A stretch of DNA of 64,000 nucleotides from Daphnia carinata (Eukaryota). Below the pieces are notes generated by a model that was not told the DNA's origin, made no database searches, and saw nothing but the letters and a program-made list of their open reading frames with translations. Position numbers and translations under genes: made by a program. Within the stretch, counting starts at the first letter, position 1. Each line of letters starts with the position of its first letter. Location of the stretch: contig NC_081332.1 of NCBI RefSeq assembly GCF_022539665.2, positions 2,976,001-3,040,000 on the forward strand. The letters are read 5' to 3'. This document shows, one piece after another, positions 1 to 13,599 of this stretch.

Positions 1-1354
1 AAAAATAAATAAATAAATAATAATAAACATATTTATTAATGTTTAATTAAAAGAAAAACTACTTCATTTTCCAAATTATCTTGACCGATCAAACAGGTAT
101 AGTTAATCATATTTGGGATCAATCCGATTTTAGAAAAAAAAAAAAAGAAGGAAGGCGGATGCTGGAAGGGAAATTAGAGCCACCCAGCGCAGAGTCATCT
201 TTCCATCAACGACTAGTCGTCTACCTCACATTAAGCCTCTCTTCTTTCGTCCATTGTCTCTTACTTTCGCTATCCTGAACAGTGAAGGCACAGTCATTAT
301 CTCTGTCTTTCTATTTTCGTTACTCTTTGGACTCGTTGCATCGAACGGAAAAAAAGGAATTCGCCGTGGGATGAAAATTTAAAATGGTCCATTTTCAACT
401 CAAAGCGGCAGCGTTTCGTAACCGAACCAATTCATTAATTACCTTGGAAACTACTAATTATTACATACATCGACCGGATCGCGAGTTAGTGAAACAAGAC
501 GTTCTTACTAGGGGGGGAGGGCTTCTTTTCCTCAGTAATCAATCGCTAGAAGAACGAATCGATTGTCTAACTCACGGCCTCTGCTCATTAGCAAATATTA
601 GAGAGAGAGAGAGAGAGGGAAAAAAAAGAAAAGAAAATAGTAAAACTTTAAAAATCATTTGTCTTTCCCATTCAAACAATTCTAATGAACAAAATAAAAA
701 CGACAACGTTTTGATGCAGCCACGTCCAAATAAGGACTGTCTGCGCTTTTTGTTTTGTCTATCGCGCGATTGTCATCTCTCGACTTCTGAATGGTCGGAA
801 CTTTTTTTTCTTTCTTATTTTACTTTGATTGACGATGACACTCATCGGATAATATGGCCGACTAATACAGGTGACGGAGAGAAGGAAAGGAGAGGGGGTG
901 GGGGTCGCCACCTGATTCATTATTCATTAAGAAAATACTTGTAGGTTTAAACAAGTTTCGGGGGCGAATCAAATAGAACGGAAAGATTTTTTCTTTCCGA
1001 CGATTTCTTCTTTCCACGTGCCGTGCACCTGGAACGTGTGCTCACTTTCCTCGTAAAACGACGGGAAAAATTGAAACAAAAAAAAAAAAAAAAAGAAAAA
1101 AAAGGGGGACACCGAAAACGTTAGGCTTTTGTTTTGCCTGGACACGGACCTAACTAACCAAACGCGAAACGCTGGAAACACATCCAATTAATAATCGAGA
1201 GCTCAACACACAAATGATTCTAGCCTTCCTCCGTGTATCGTGCTACATAATTATTAGGAATGAAAAAAAAAAAAAAAAAAAAAATGACACGTCAAAAACC
1301 TTGGTGGTTATGCTTTGCAGCTGACAGGTGCAAAATGGAACCGAGAGGGAGAAG

Positions 1355-1390
<36 letters not shown>

Positions 1391-1557
1391 CGAAGAAGAA
1401 TTCAATGTCTCGACGCAAAACCTCTTGTTTGCTCTCCTTATCATTACGCTGTATCCTTGACACGACAAGGTCACTAATGACTAGGTAACAAAATAAGAAA
1501 AAGACGACCTGGACTAAATTGGGAAAACGGGAGGGGCCACCTCTATCATCAACCTGA

Positions 1558-1592
<35 letters not shown>

Positions 1593-3713
1593 GCATCTAA
1601 CGCTTCCGTCCGACCACCATTTCTCCCTTTTCTTTTTTCAATTTTAAAATGATCATGGACAAAGTTGATTTGGAACACAAAATAACGCAGGTTAGGCGAC
1701 AGCTCGAGGAAATATAATTTCCCTAACAAACAAATGCCCCCACCTCTTAGGTCCTTGTTGTGCGTTTGACCTCTGGCAACGTTTTTCAAAATCTCGTTTT
1801 CTGGGAGGGAAACACGCTCACACGACTGGTTCAAATTATGATTCAGATTCCACACTTCAAGCTGTTGGCTTTTTCCTCGACATTTGAAGTTTCTCGCCTG
1901 TCAGTCATCAGGTGAGACTAGACACACGAAATCATTGGGGCCTATAAGGGCAAAACAGTCAAATCACCCCCAACAGAGACTCTAGAATTGAAACTTGTCT
2001 GGTAATTTCAATGTGGACGGATGTTACAAGTCGTCGGGGTTTGCATGTTGGGTAGAGGGTTGTCAATTCAAAAACGTTGTTTTTTCAAGTTTCATCTACC
2101 TCATGGGAAAACTTGTACAACAGTCACGCCGACAGATTCTAAACGATCAAACATCCAATTTGATTGCGACAAGACTCGAGGCAACATATGTTCGGCCTTG
2201 GTCCGTCCGTCTCCCGCGTGCCAGGGAGATGAGAATAGGACGCTCGAAAACTCATTACAGCCTCGCAATAATAACAAGCATGCCATCACTTCAGCCACAC
2301 TACCAAGATGACAGGGGGGGTGTAGAGCAGGGATCACAACTCAAAAACTAGGGACTAACACTGTCGTACTAGAAACACTAACTCGGCTTTACGAAACTGG
2401 CATTTAGGTGTCTAGGTTTCAAAGTTCAACCTTGTTTGCAAACAAATGGTGGTGTTGAGCATTTTACAGCAGGCTTGTTTTGGACGCAACAAATGTTTTC
2501 AAACTTCAGACACTTTACGCTCTGCCTGCCTGTCAAACCTGCATCAAACTCAAGTGCTACATTCCATAAAGAAAAAGAAAAAGGCTTTGGCTTTGCTGCA
2601 AAAAAAAGAAAACCAGCATCAGGTGGTAATGCCTTACGAACTTGATTAATTCAATTTAATTGCTTGGAGATTTTTGACACCCTTGACGGGCATTAGGCCA
2701 CACCTCAAACGAAATGGGGTGAGAGCGCAGAGTATTCAAGTTGAACAGCTCTCAGTTAAGGGACAACCACCAAGAAGCAGGTTTTCTACATTGTCATCAG
2801 TTTCCTACCAGCTGCAATTTAAAGTTGATTGTATGTTAATGAGTTGTATCACAATTTTTTGTTCCTTTCGGCTACTGTTTGCAAATCACTTGAGCTACTA
2901 TCTTTGTCATGCTGAATACAAGATTGTGTACGTGGTCGACGTAAATTGGTTCTATCTTAATGGCAAGGTAGTCGAGCTAAACTGATTTCATCATAATGGT
3001 AGGCAATCGGCTATGCAATCCTACTTTTGTAAACGATACTGACGATTGAGTGAATAATTAACGTGTAGTGCACGGTAAAACGTATCTTACCTTCAAACTG
3101 GTTTGCTGGATTGCCTTTGATTGGTTTAATAAAATAACTTCAAGGACGAAGTAACTGAAAACTGAAAAAAACAACGTGGTGAAGGGACGGGATCGGATAA
3201 CAAAAAATTGCCGGGAAAACGGCAACGGAAATGGAATTTTCGTCTGCTCGTGTCTGGCGCGTTCGTAACTTGGAATTCTCTTAAAATTTTTTTTTTTTAA
3301 CTGCAAAAAAATTTCCATTATTTTACGAAAAGAAGATTTGATCAAGCATTTATTAATGAATGATCAATTTTTGCTGTAATCAGGTCTTTGGAATGATGCT
3401 TCCTCATGTGTGATGAAATAAACAGCAACGCAACAAAGTTTTTAAACGACGTCACTAGGTGGCGTCAAAGGCAAATATCCATGACGCCGTCGACCGTGAT
3501 TCAGCGTTCATCGGGATCGAAGTTACGTAAGAACTTAAAAAAAAAAAAAAAAAGTTTTATCGCATTAACGTTTCACAATACCACTCCAAAATGAAATGAA
3601 CAAAAAGAATTTGATTGCCGCAAGAGGTTAATCCTAGGAATTCGAGAAAAAAAGTAGGATACAAACAAGAAAAACAAAAGAATTGCCAGTTCAGTAAATG
3701 TCGTCTAGTACAC

Positions 3714-3738
3714 ATATATATATATATATATATATATA
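3714..3738. repeat. (AT)n microsatellite
   Basis: Directly visible. Confidence 0.95.
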
Positions 3739-4404
3739 CTGATTTCGACGCGATAGATGGAAATGCTTTGCTTCACCTCCTTGGGCTGTAATTACGAATC
3801 AAATCAAATATTTCGAGAATTTTCAGCGAAACAAGAAAGGGCGAGTGAAGAATTCAACGGGACTTGATGGCAGTCGCTGCGTGTAAAGAAGCGAACCCTT
3901 TCTTAATGTTGGAGTCTACGATTCTGCTATTTCTCCTTTCCTTTTCGCCTTTAATCTGCCTCGCATCATTGCCCTCTATCTATTGCGACATAAATATTCC
4001 AAATTGCGATTTATTTCAAGGTTCTTTTTGTCTTTTCCTTCCAAAAATGTCTTTTAATCTTTGATTCGTGCGTGTTGGCATATAAAGTTACACGCTGAAA
4101 TTTCCTTTTCGGACACACTCGGGTTGGAAACGAAGGAGGGACGAAAGGAGGGGGGGGGGGTTGTTTGCATATGAGAGGAGGAGCAGGCATCAAAGCATTT
4201 TGGAATAGAGTGAAGGAGAGACAGAGAGAGAGAGAGGTGATGGTGGGGGGCTGTTTGCTTTGCTTTTGTGTGTCCAGATGGAAAGGGACGAAGAGAGAAC
4301 GCGGTTCCCAACTTGACAGGCTCATGAAGCATTTGGTACCTGCTCAGCTTATTAATGCGGGCGAGAGCGCAGCAGAACGAGAAACCTGTCGGGCCTGACT
4401 GAAG

Positions 4405-4436
<32 letters not shown>

Positions 4437-4448
4437 CCCATTTCAACA

Positions 4449-4479
<31 letters not shown>

Positions 4480-4980
4480 TGGGGAGGTCCGTCCGCATCT
4501 GAATCAGGCTACAGGCTGCTTTGATATGTGTCTGTCTGTTTCCCTTTTTTCTCTGGCGTGGCGTTTCCTTCCCAAAAAAACATCCCCGTGGTGGCTCTCG
4601 TTTTTTTTTTTTTTTTTTTTAGACTCTTTGACTTTCTTCTCAAAAAGAAGAAGAAGAATATCAAAGGCGGATACATTTATATAAGGACCTTGTTTTTTTT
4701 TTTGTTTTTTTTTTTACGTAGACGAAGACGAAGAATCCGCCCATCACTTACACGGTCAACACACCTGAACCGCCTCGTGTGTGTATATGTATAGGAAAAT
4801 GGTTGGGGGGGGGGGGTAGAATCCATGCGTCCACCACTGCAAAGCTCTCTCTCTCTCTCTCTCTCCTTGGGGACGATCTTTGTCGTCCGTCGTCATGGCA
4901 AGTGCGTGTAGCGTGCTGCTCTTTTGCTCTGCTGGCCTTCGGATAGCCTTCTTTGGCGGCGCCCCGCTCTCCCTAAAGTT

Positions 4981-5019
4981 TTCTTCTTCTTCTTCTTCTT
5001 CTTCTTCTTCTTGTTGTTG
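4981..5019. repeat. (TTC)10(TTG)3 compound microsatellite
   Basis: Directly visible. Confidence 0.95.
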
Positions 5020-5619
5020 TGTTGGTCGACAAGTTCGGGAGCGAATCCATCTATTAGAGAAACCGCGCGACTGGCTACCCGTCTTACGGACACGCCAGCC
5101 TTCTACGGTCTTACGCATTTGTTTCCCGCGTCAACCACTTATACACACGTACGAGAAAAGCAGACTCTCTCACTCTACACTATGACCTTTCCCTTTTTCT
5201 TTTCTCTCTTTCTCTCTCTCTCTCTCTCTTTTAAAACGTACGATTACGGGTGTGCAAACGAAACACACAGTTCCAGTTCATCGCAGTGTGTCTGTGTGTC
5301 AATCTGCCATTTTGAACGTTTTTATAGAAAATCAATCATAAACAAGAAGAAGCAGGTTCCGCCAAAAGGTTTTTCTTTTTTTTTTTTTTTTTTTTTTTTC
5401 CTTATTTTGAGATATGGAAGGGCTTTCCCTGTTTAAGAAAAGAAGAAGAAAAAAAAAAAAATAGAATCGACGGGAGGTCTATCATCATCGGTCGGTTAAT
5501 AGAAAAAAAATGAAAAAAAAAAAAAAATAAATAATCAATTTCCAAAAGATGAAAAATCTTTCTTTATATAAATTTTTTTTTTTTTTATTTCATTGGAAAT
5601 TGTAGGCAATAGATGAGGT

Positions 5620-5777
5620 GCCCATCTGGCGCCAGGTGGGCGACCAAAGATATTACACATAGCCCAGTGGTGGCGCAGCGGCGGCGGCCGCGGCGGCAAT
5701 TCTCCTGGCTATAATTCATCACGGGCAATTGCCATCTTTTCTCAAACGACGGATAACTCGAGTGACACTCTGGCGCT
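5620..5777. promoter_or_regulatory. Candidate BMP/Dpp-responsive enhancer core (Smad/Brinker-type sites)
   Basis: Palindromic GGCGCC-N5-GNCV on both strands, TGGCGCC and TGGCGCT Brinker-type sites, and a GCGGCGGCGGCCGCGGCGGC run. Motif evidence only. Confidence 0.4.
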
Positions 5778-6421
5778 AAATCAAATCCCCACCCCCCTGT
5801 TGAGAGGGCAACCGAGAGCCAAGAGGCTTTTTTTTTTTTTTTCTCTCTCTTCATCGCCGTGTGTCATTAGACTCCCCGTGGCAAACTCTTAATGAGAACT
5901 CATTCTCTCTTTAGAGTTGATTGGCATGGACTCGCTTTTACTTTGCGCCAGAAACATCGGACGCCGGGATTTCTTTCTTTTTTTTTTTTTTTCTTTTTCT
6001 TCACATTTGAATTTTTTTTTATGAGTCGACGACGATGTCGCGATGGCGGCAGCTGCTGGGTGAGTCCTCATCTCTTTTATTTTCTCCAGACGTGTAAAGG
6101 AAAAATTTCATAAAAGAAATTGGCCCCAGTGCGCGAATGACAAAAAAAACTCCGCCCATTCGTGTACCTGCTATTGGTCACTCCTTTTTCACAAGGCGGC
6201 GGCCACCGTGCCTCTTTACACACTTTACCACAAATGAAAAGATGCACGTCTCTTCTTTAGCATGCTGAAATAAAAAAAAAAAGCTCAAAAAAAAAAAAAA
6301 AAAAAAAAAAAATCGTTCAAGGATCTTCAAGAAATCATCGCAGCGGCAATAACTTTTCGTTCAAGTGAGGCCCTCTCACGATACAGAGTTTCTCTTTAGC
6401 AAAATTCCCACCCACCCTCCC

Positions 6422-6422
<1 letters not shown>

Positions 6423-6469
<47 letters not shown>

Positions 6470-6488
6470 AAAAAAAAAAAAAAAAAAA
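6423..6488. repeat. Poly(A) tract, ~66 nt with one interruption
   Basis: Directly visible; one of many homopolymer tracts in the window. Confidence 0.9.
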
Positions 6489-8750
6489 TACGTGTACAAA
6501 GATCTAAATAATAAACACATGAAAAGAAGTTTTGGCGCAAGGAGCGTACGGCTAAAAATCAAGAAGGGAAAAAGTCTAAGGGCAGCTGGAACGATGTCAA
6601 TCTGGCGCGCACTTGACACACGGTTAAAAAGCGGAGCGAAATGAGAGGCCAATGCTATAACGTCAGCGCGTCTCACTTGTGTAGACTTGCAACGTTGGTA
6701 AGAAACACGATTCGTTATTCTTGATCAGACGACTAGATTGACCTCGGTCGGATGAAACGGGCCGATCCGGTATCTCCGTCCGCCCTGTTTACGTACACAC
6801 ATCTGATCTTTGTATATATATATATATATATATATGTACATGTATTTTTATCAAAATGGGTGTACGGTGGAGAGAGCACGGGGACGGGCACGAGCAAAGC
6901 CCCCAGTTGTCAGTAAAAGGTTAAGTATCGGAATAAGTGGAAAAAGGAAGGGGAGGGGGGGGGGGGGGGAGAGAGAGAGAGATGCTGGCCAGCCCCATCC
7001 GGGCTCTTTCTGTGGTGCGCACGGGGGGGGGGAAGCGGATCGGGCGAGCACATATTGCCGCGATTGAGAGATACATAAACTAATACGCCATTCGACGACA
7101 AAAGCAAAAGCACCCAACGGCTATATAAGGTTTATTTCCATCGTGATAGTCCTCCTTCTTACATTTATACAAGTTTTATGTGTCGTCTCTATAGCATCGA
7201 GTGTCTCTCTATAGAAATATCTAGGGCTTGCCGGACGGGGAATGGGGAAAGAAAAAGAAAAAGGAGACCCAGCTGATGTCTAGTAGTGATGCTGCTACTA
7301 CTCCTACTACTGCTCTCGTTCCATGTATCTATTCGATATAGAGAAGCCTATCCGTTTTGGTTGCGTGTGTATCTCTGTGCTGCGATTCTCATCCTTCAAG
7401 TAGGTATAAGGGGGTTGCCCGTCGAAAAAAAACTAAATAAATAAAAAAAGATGGCCCGTGTCCAAACTGGCCCGACTGGCGAGAAGGGGGGACACAAAAA
7501 AGATTGCAGTATAAGTATATATAGCAAACGGAACGGATATATACCCCCCCCCCTCCCGTTCTTTCTTATTCTTTTATCGGAGCAGATGGATCGTAGATAG
7601 TGCCGGACATGGCCAGCACGATATCGCACCAAAAAGAAAAATTTGTTTCTTTGTTTTTTTTTTTTTTTTTTTTTTTGGCAAAGTCTGTATGGCAATTGGG
7701 CAATAGGGAGAAACAAAAACGGAGTGATGGCAATATATATATAGCAAGGCACAGTTGTTATGGTGACATGTTTCTCTTATTCAACAAAAGAAAAATAAAC
7801 ACACGCGTATAGTAGAGGCCAAAACGGAACGGACTACTGCGACAACTTGACCTTTTTTTTTTTTTTTTTTTTTTTTCTTTTTTCGTTTTGCGCAATGGTG
7901 CCACGGTGGGGCGACGCGCTACCAATTTACATATAGAGACTGCAGTATTGTTGTCATACGTGTTGATAACCACGTCGCTTTTTGACTGGACCCCGCACGC
8001 AAACAGTCACGTACATAATCAAATTATGCATGGCGACGTCCAGATTTCGAAACACAAGTGAACATTTGATCAAATTCTGACTCGTAGATGTGCCTCTACT
8101 CGGTTATCACACAAGGGGAAAGCATCGCCTTCTATGAAATTCTTAGACGCTGAATTTGCGAGGCGGAAACATTCCTAGTGCACACCGCGACCCCCTGCTC
8201 TATAACATATCTGTTGTGTCCATCATTATTCCAACGGGCGATGCCATTTCGAAAGCCATTGGCTGAAACACAACAAGACTCGCCGTACATATCGCTTCAA
8301 TCTTTTTTTTTTTTACCATTTCATATCGCATTAAACCATTTTCGAAAAAAAAAAAAAAAAAAAAAAAATATTTAATGGCTGACATTATTTCATTTAGATG
8401 GCTCGCATCGAGGAAGCCACTCTTGGAAAAATATGAATTTATTTTGGCTCGCTTCTTTTTCAAACTGTCGACAACGCCAACTCAGCAAAAGCACTTCCAA
8501 CTGATGCACAATCATCGGTTGTAACGCATATCTGGCCCGATGTTTATGATTATATGATTTCCCTCCCTTTTCCATTTTTTTTTCCGTTGGTGGATATCCA
8601 TGTTTCTGAGGGGTAGCGAATGACTGCCGACTCAAAGTCATCTACATTTTTATGACGACTTCTTTTGCATCCACGCGAGGTCAACGCCGAACATTTGCAA
8701 ACGATGGAAGACAAGAATGAGGATAGCGTGTCGTTTCTTTATTGGCAGCC

Positions 8751-8754
8751 AAAA

Positions 8755-8804
<50 letters not shown>

Positions 8805-8830
8805 GTTGAAAAAAAAAAAAAAAAAAAAAA
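8751..8830. repeat. Bipartite poly(A) tract
   Basis: Two long A runs separated by TCAGTTG. Confidence 0.9.
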
Positions 8831-11800
8831 GAGGGGCGAAAGAACAACTGTGTCGGTGGTCGGTCCTGTTTTTGGGGGGAAATCAGTCCCGAATCTGGAA
8901 TTATATGGAGCGGAAACGCATACGCCATTATGTTTCTCTACGTTTTCGTTGTATATTACGTTATGTGCTTTACCAAAAGAAACAGTGTACGAACATCAAC
9001 AACAATAGCCGGATGGAACAGGAACAAAAACATTGCGTACACACACACACACGAAAAAAAAAAAAAAAAAAAAAATAATAGACTTTTGTGTTTAGCTCGT
9101 CTCTACTATTACATATATTGTCGATAAATATCCGTCGAGTTACATCCGCTTAATGGATGACATCGTTTTCCAACTACTTTTTTGTGTGTCTGTGTGTGTG
9201 TGTGTGTGTGTGTGTTGTTGTCTGCTTCTTTTGTATGTGCTTATTTTTCGTCCCCTTTTTGCTTTAGCCAGCTCGTAGGAAGACAGCAAATGTCATTTCC
9301 CCTCTAATTACGTGCTGTATATCCAAGCACAACACATTGATTTGATTATACACTGTGAAATGATAACCTCTTTAGTGGCTGACTGGGTGATGCGGATCAA
9401 TTCAAACCACCATGAAGCGGGGAAAAATAAAAATAAAAAAAAAAGGCGCAATAGAGTTCTCACGATTTCTGGCCGTGTATACAACAGCGTCTCGCATCAC
9501 CTTTAATCATGAAGACAACACGACAAAAGGAAAAAAAAAAAGCAAAAAAAAAAAAAAAAGAAAGAAAGAAAGAAAGAAAACGTACACCCTGCGCAATTAT
9601 ACGAGAAAATACTCTGTGCGGGCTGGCTGCGTGTCGTGATGGCGCGCTCAGACACAAGTGAACGATCACGAATCTTTTGGCTTTAGACGGTGGGGGGGAT
9701 CACACGATGATGATGGAACGACAATGATGATGATGACAATAATGATACGGCTGCGTTAACGAGCGTTGTATTCTTGCCGCATTTTGTGTGTGTATGTGTG
9801 TGTGTGTCGTAAGCCACTAGGGGAATGGCGCTCTGCTGGTGGGCTCGTTTGTGTGGCGCACGTATGTGTCACCATACGACTCGCTTTTATGTACACGTCG
9901 TAAGAGTGAGACTCATCAGCGACGATTTGGTGCAGCGAAAGATGTCGAGCTCGCCTGTCTCCTCGTCAAAAGGTCATCAACTTAATCAACAACCAACGCA
10001 AACGCAAAACGCCAGCACATCCCATTTTTCTTTTTGTTTTCCGTTTCCAAAACAAGCCTGACGCAACTTCAATTGTTTACATTAACCTTAATTCCGCACA
10101 CACAATGTCAATATCAAATATAGATACTGCCGTAACGCACCCACCCACTGTATTTTTTTCTTTTTTTTTTTTTATTTAAAAATAAACACAAAGTAATGAA
10201 CGTCAATAGCGACGTGCCCATTATGCAAAATAAAACAACGGCTTGATGGCCGTTGCCGGCCACGGGACTCGTATTTGTCAACCGCACATTTAAAACTGGC
10301 GGTGAAAAAAATGCAATTGGCAAATGCGATAGCGCGTTTAATTGCCGCGTAGAAAATGAAACAGACGACGTGCTTTTATCAAGTCGAGGCGGGTGGAAAA
10401 AAAATCAACCCGATGGCGACGACGGTGGTGGTATGTTCAAATCACAAAGAGGGGCGCCAATGACGGGACTCAATTAACGACCAGTAACGACATGGCTGGC
10501 GACAAATGCAATACTCGAGCAAAAAAGAAAACAACCCCGAAAACAAAACAAAAATGCGCATTTCGTATTGCGTCTGTTTCTTGAAATAGAACGCAAAAAT
10601 AAAAGAGTCATTGCCGATTGCGTTTTCGGCCAGTCGAATGGGTGGCGTGATGACGCATTGATAATCTAAGACAGCGACAAAGCACCTTGTCCCTTTTTTT
10701 TTTTTTTTTTTTTTTGGGAATTTCTGCTCCGCTAACTTCTTTTGCGGTTCCTCGGGCAATGCAAACATTTTCAAACTTGAACTGGATGCGAGTGAAAGGT
10801 GATGATGTCAACCTAAAGCAACTCACTCGCATTCAAAATCGGGCACCTTTAATTAACGAATGTTTTCGCATAGAAGATATCGATGTACACGACGTCGTTA
10901 ATACTATTTTAGAATGGCGTTCGTCAACGAGTATTCTCATTTGGGTAACAGCAAAATGTTACAAAACAAAATGGATGTAAAAAGCTAAGGCCGGAGTAGC
11001 CGAAAACTTTACGGCTGTAACTACATGGAACAATTTGTCCAGTTGAGTGAAAACGGGTGCACAAGTTTTGGATAGGGCAAAAGTCGAGCTATGCACACAA
11101 AAAAACAAAAAACAAAACAATCCCCCCCCCCTTTCATTTCTTTATTTCTTCGACGGGCTATTCGACGTGTGTGTGTGTGTGTGCATTGTTCGTAAAAGGG
11201 ATAGTGACGTGATCCAACATTGAACTAATATTCAAGTTTTGAACGAACGAGACAAGAAAAACGGAAAGGGTCAGCATTCTGTAAATGCATTGATAGAGAG
11301 ACACGGAGAGTCGCGGCTGCTACTCGGAAATGTTGTACAATTATTTCAATACATGTGCGATAGACAGGCTATATAGACATCGAGCGGGGCGGCCGGGCGG
11401 ACGGACGGACGGCTTCAAACGGAGATAAGAGTTTCGATTTTGACGAGTTTTAACTTGGATACGACGTGGAACTATACGAGGCAAATAAAGCAATAGCTAA
11501 AGCTCAAGTTCGAGTCACACACACACGTCGTCACTAGAAAGAATAAAAAAAAAAAAAAAAAGAAGGAAAGAAAAAGGCCAATCGGGCAGCCATCAACGAA
11601 CGGCACGCGAGATTCAACTTGCTGTATATATAGAGACACATTCGACTCGGGCCCATCATCAGTCGATTGGAAATGTTGTGTTGGTATGACAATGTTCATC
11701 GGTCATGGACGGGGGGTTCTCTACCTGATCGTCGACTGCAGGCAAACTATCGAGAAAGTGCGGACAAAACGGTCCCTGTATTTTTTTCTTTTTTTTTTCT

Positions 11801-12297
11801 TTTTTGTCTTTCTCGACTGCAACGTACATTATGTCCTATATGTCGATGTTAGATTCGAGGGAAATGTATGGACCATGTGTGATATCCGTGTCGTATCCAA
11901 ATGATGCGGCACGAGCATCTATCGACCTTTTTCCTCCCTCCCCTTCAAGTTATACAGAAAAGAAAAAAAAAAAAAACGCTCGCGTTATTATTAGGCATTC
12001 CACTGAACTGAGAATCAAACTCTCGCCCGATCGTGTTTTATCCCTCGGCACTAACATGTTTCCCTATTCCTTTTTTTTTTTCTATTTTTTTTTTTTTTTT
12101 TCCCTTTTCAAAAAGGAGAAAATGCATCGTGTTACGCTGGTCGTCAAGTTCGTTACAGAAAGAAGGGGGGGGGGAAGAAGAACAACATACGATACTGTTC
12201 GGCATGTGTTTCTTTAATACACTCTGCGGCATTGCCGGGCCACTAACCCTCCCACACATCCTTTTAGTACTATTACATGTGATTTTGTTTTTTAAAG

Positions 12298-12301
<4 letters not shown>

Positions 12302-12338
<37 letters not shown>
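12302..12338. repeat. (AG)n microsatellite
   Basis: Directly visible. Confidence 0.95.
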
Positions 12339-12339
<1 letters not shown>

Positions 12340-13565
12340 GGAATTAGCGGAGGAGACCCGCATAGCGAATGCATCCGGACGACGGGCGGACATTGCATCT
12401 ACTCATTTCTGCCATCGACATTCTTCCGGTTACTAATAGATGCGATGACACTCGCTTTGAATAGGAAAAGCGGGGGAAAAAGAGAAGAAAAAAAAAAGGG
12501 TGTCATCGTCTGCGAAACCTTAGATGCAATGGCGGCTTTTCTTTTTTCAAAAACAGTGCCGCAGACTTCTCAGTTGTTTTTTTTTTCTTTTCGCTCTCTC
12601 CCCTTTATTGTCTACTCAAATGTTTTGTCTTATTACATAAAAAAAACCTACTCTCATAAAATAAAAATATTTTTTTCCTCCAATGAATTGAGAAAAACAG
12701 ATTTTGATTTAAGATGTTTGTTTTTTGGGTTTTTTTTCGCTTGACGGATTCTACCCGCGCGTTCATTTTTGTTCCGTTTGCGGGAGTCAGGGCCGTCCAG
12801 AAAAGACACAAAAAATCTTCACTATAAATCTAATAATAGAAAATGATGCATTAAAAAAAAGGAAGGGGGTGGGGGGGGGAAGAGAGAGAGCAAAGATGTT
12901 GAAAGATTAATCCCGACTTAGACACACACGTCTCGCTCAGAGTGTGGTATAATGATGATCCGGCTTTAGCAAAAGAAAGGAGCAAATAATAAAAAAAAAA
13001 AAAAAAAAAAAAAGGGAGAGGGGAGTGTTGACAAGAGACGCCTTTAAATAAATATTTTCTTTTGAGTGTGTCGGTCTTTTTTTTTTTTTCTCTATCCGTC
13101 GCCATGTCGGCTTTTGTTTCTCTCGCATTTGCGCGTGATTTCATTGGCAGCAGCTAAAGAACGAGACTATAAGGCGCCCCGTTTGGTGGTCAAATGAGTT
13201 TTTCCTTCTTCTTCTTCTTCGTCAAGAACAACAACAAAAAAAAAAGCGGCTGATGATAATCAACTTCAACGGAGCACCGGCGGCACGAACAACAACACAC
13301 ACACACACACACAGAAAGTGGGGGGGGAGAGATGAAGCGTATAAACGAGATGATGTTCTCTCATCCGTTTGTTTTATTCATCGATCCGAGTGTAAATGGA
13401 TCTGAAAAGTTGCCAATAAAGCCAAATGTCCACTCATTTTCGTAAATAGGTGGCGCATTCACAAAATCTCTATCCTTCAAAAAAAAAAAAAAAAAAGACA
13501 AAGAGGAAATGATGAAGGACGGCCAAACCAAAATAAAAGATCACACAGTCTTTTCTTTTGGCTGG

Positions 13566-13599
<34 letters not shown>

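Noticed and set aside
2328..2345. CAGGGATCACAACTC as a possible hAT/MITE terminal inverted repeat
   Set aside because: No convincing inverted partner or target-site duplication found nearby.
13326..13387. Imperfect hairpin GATGAA..ATAAACG.GATGA / TCATC.CGTTTGT..TTCATC as a possible pre-miRNA
   Set aside because: AT-rich stem with a 4x4 internal loop and no match to a miRNA I recognise; such hairpins are expected by chance without small-RNA data.
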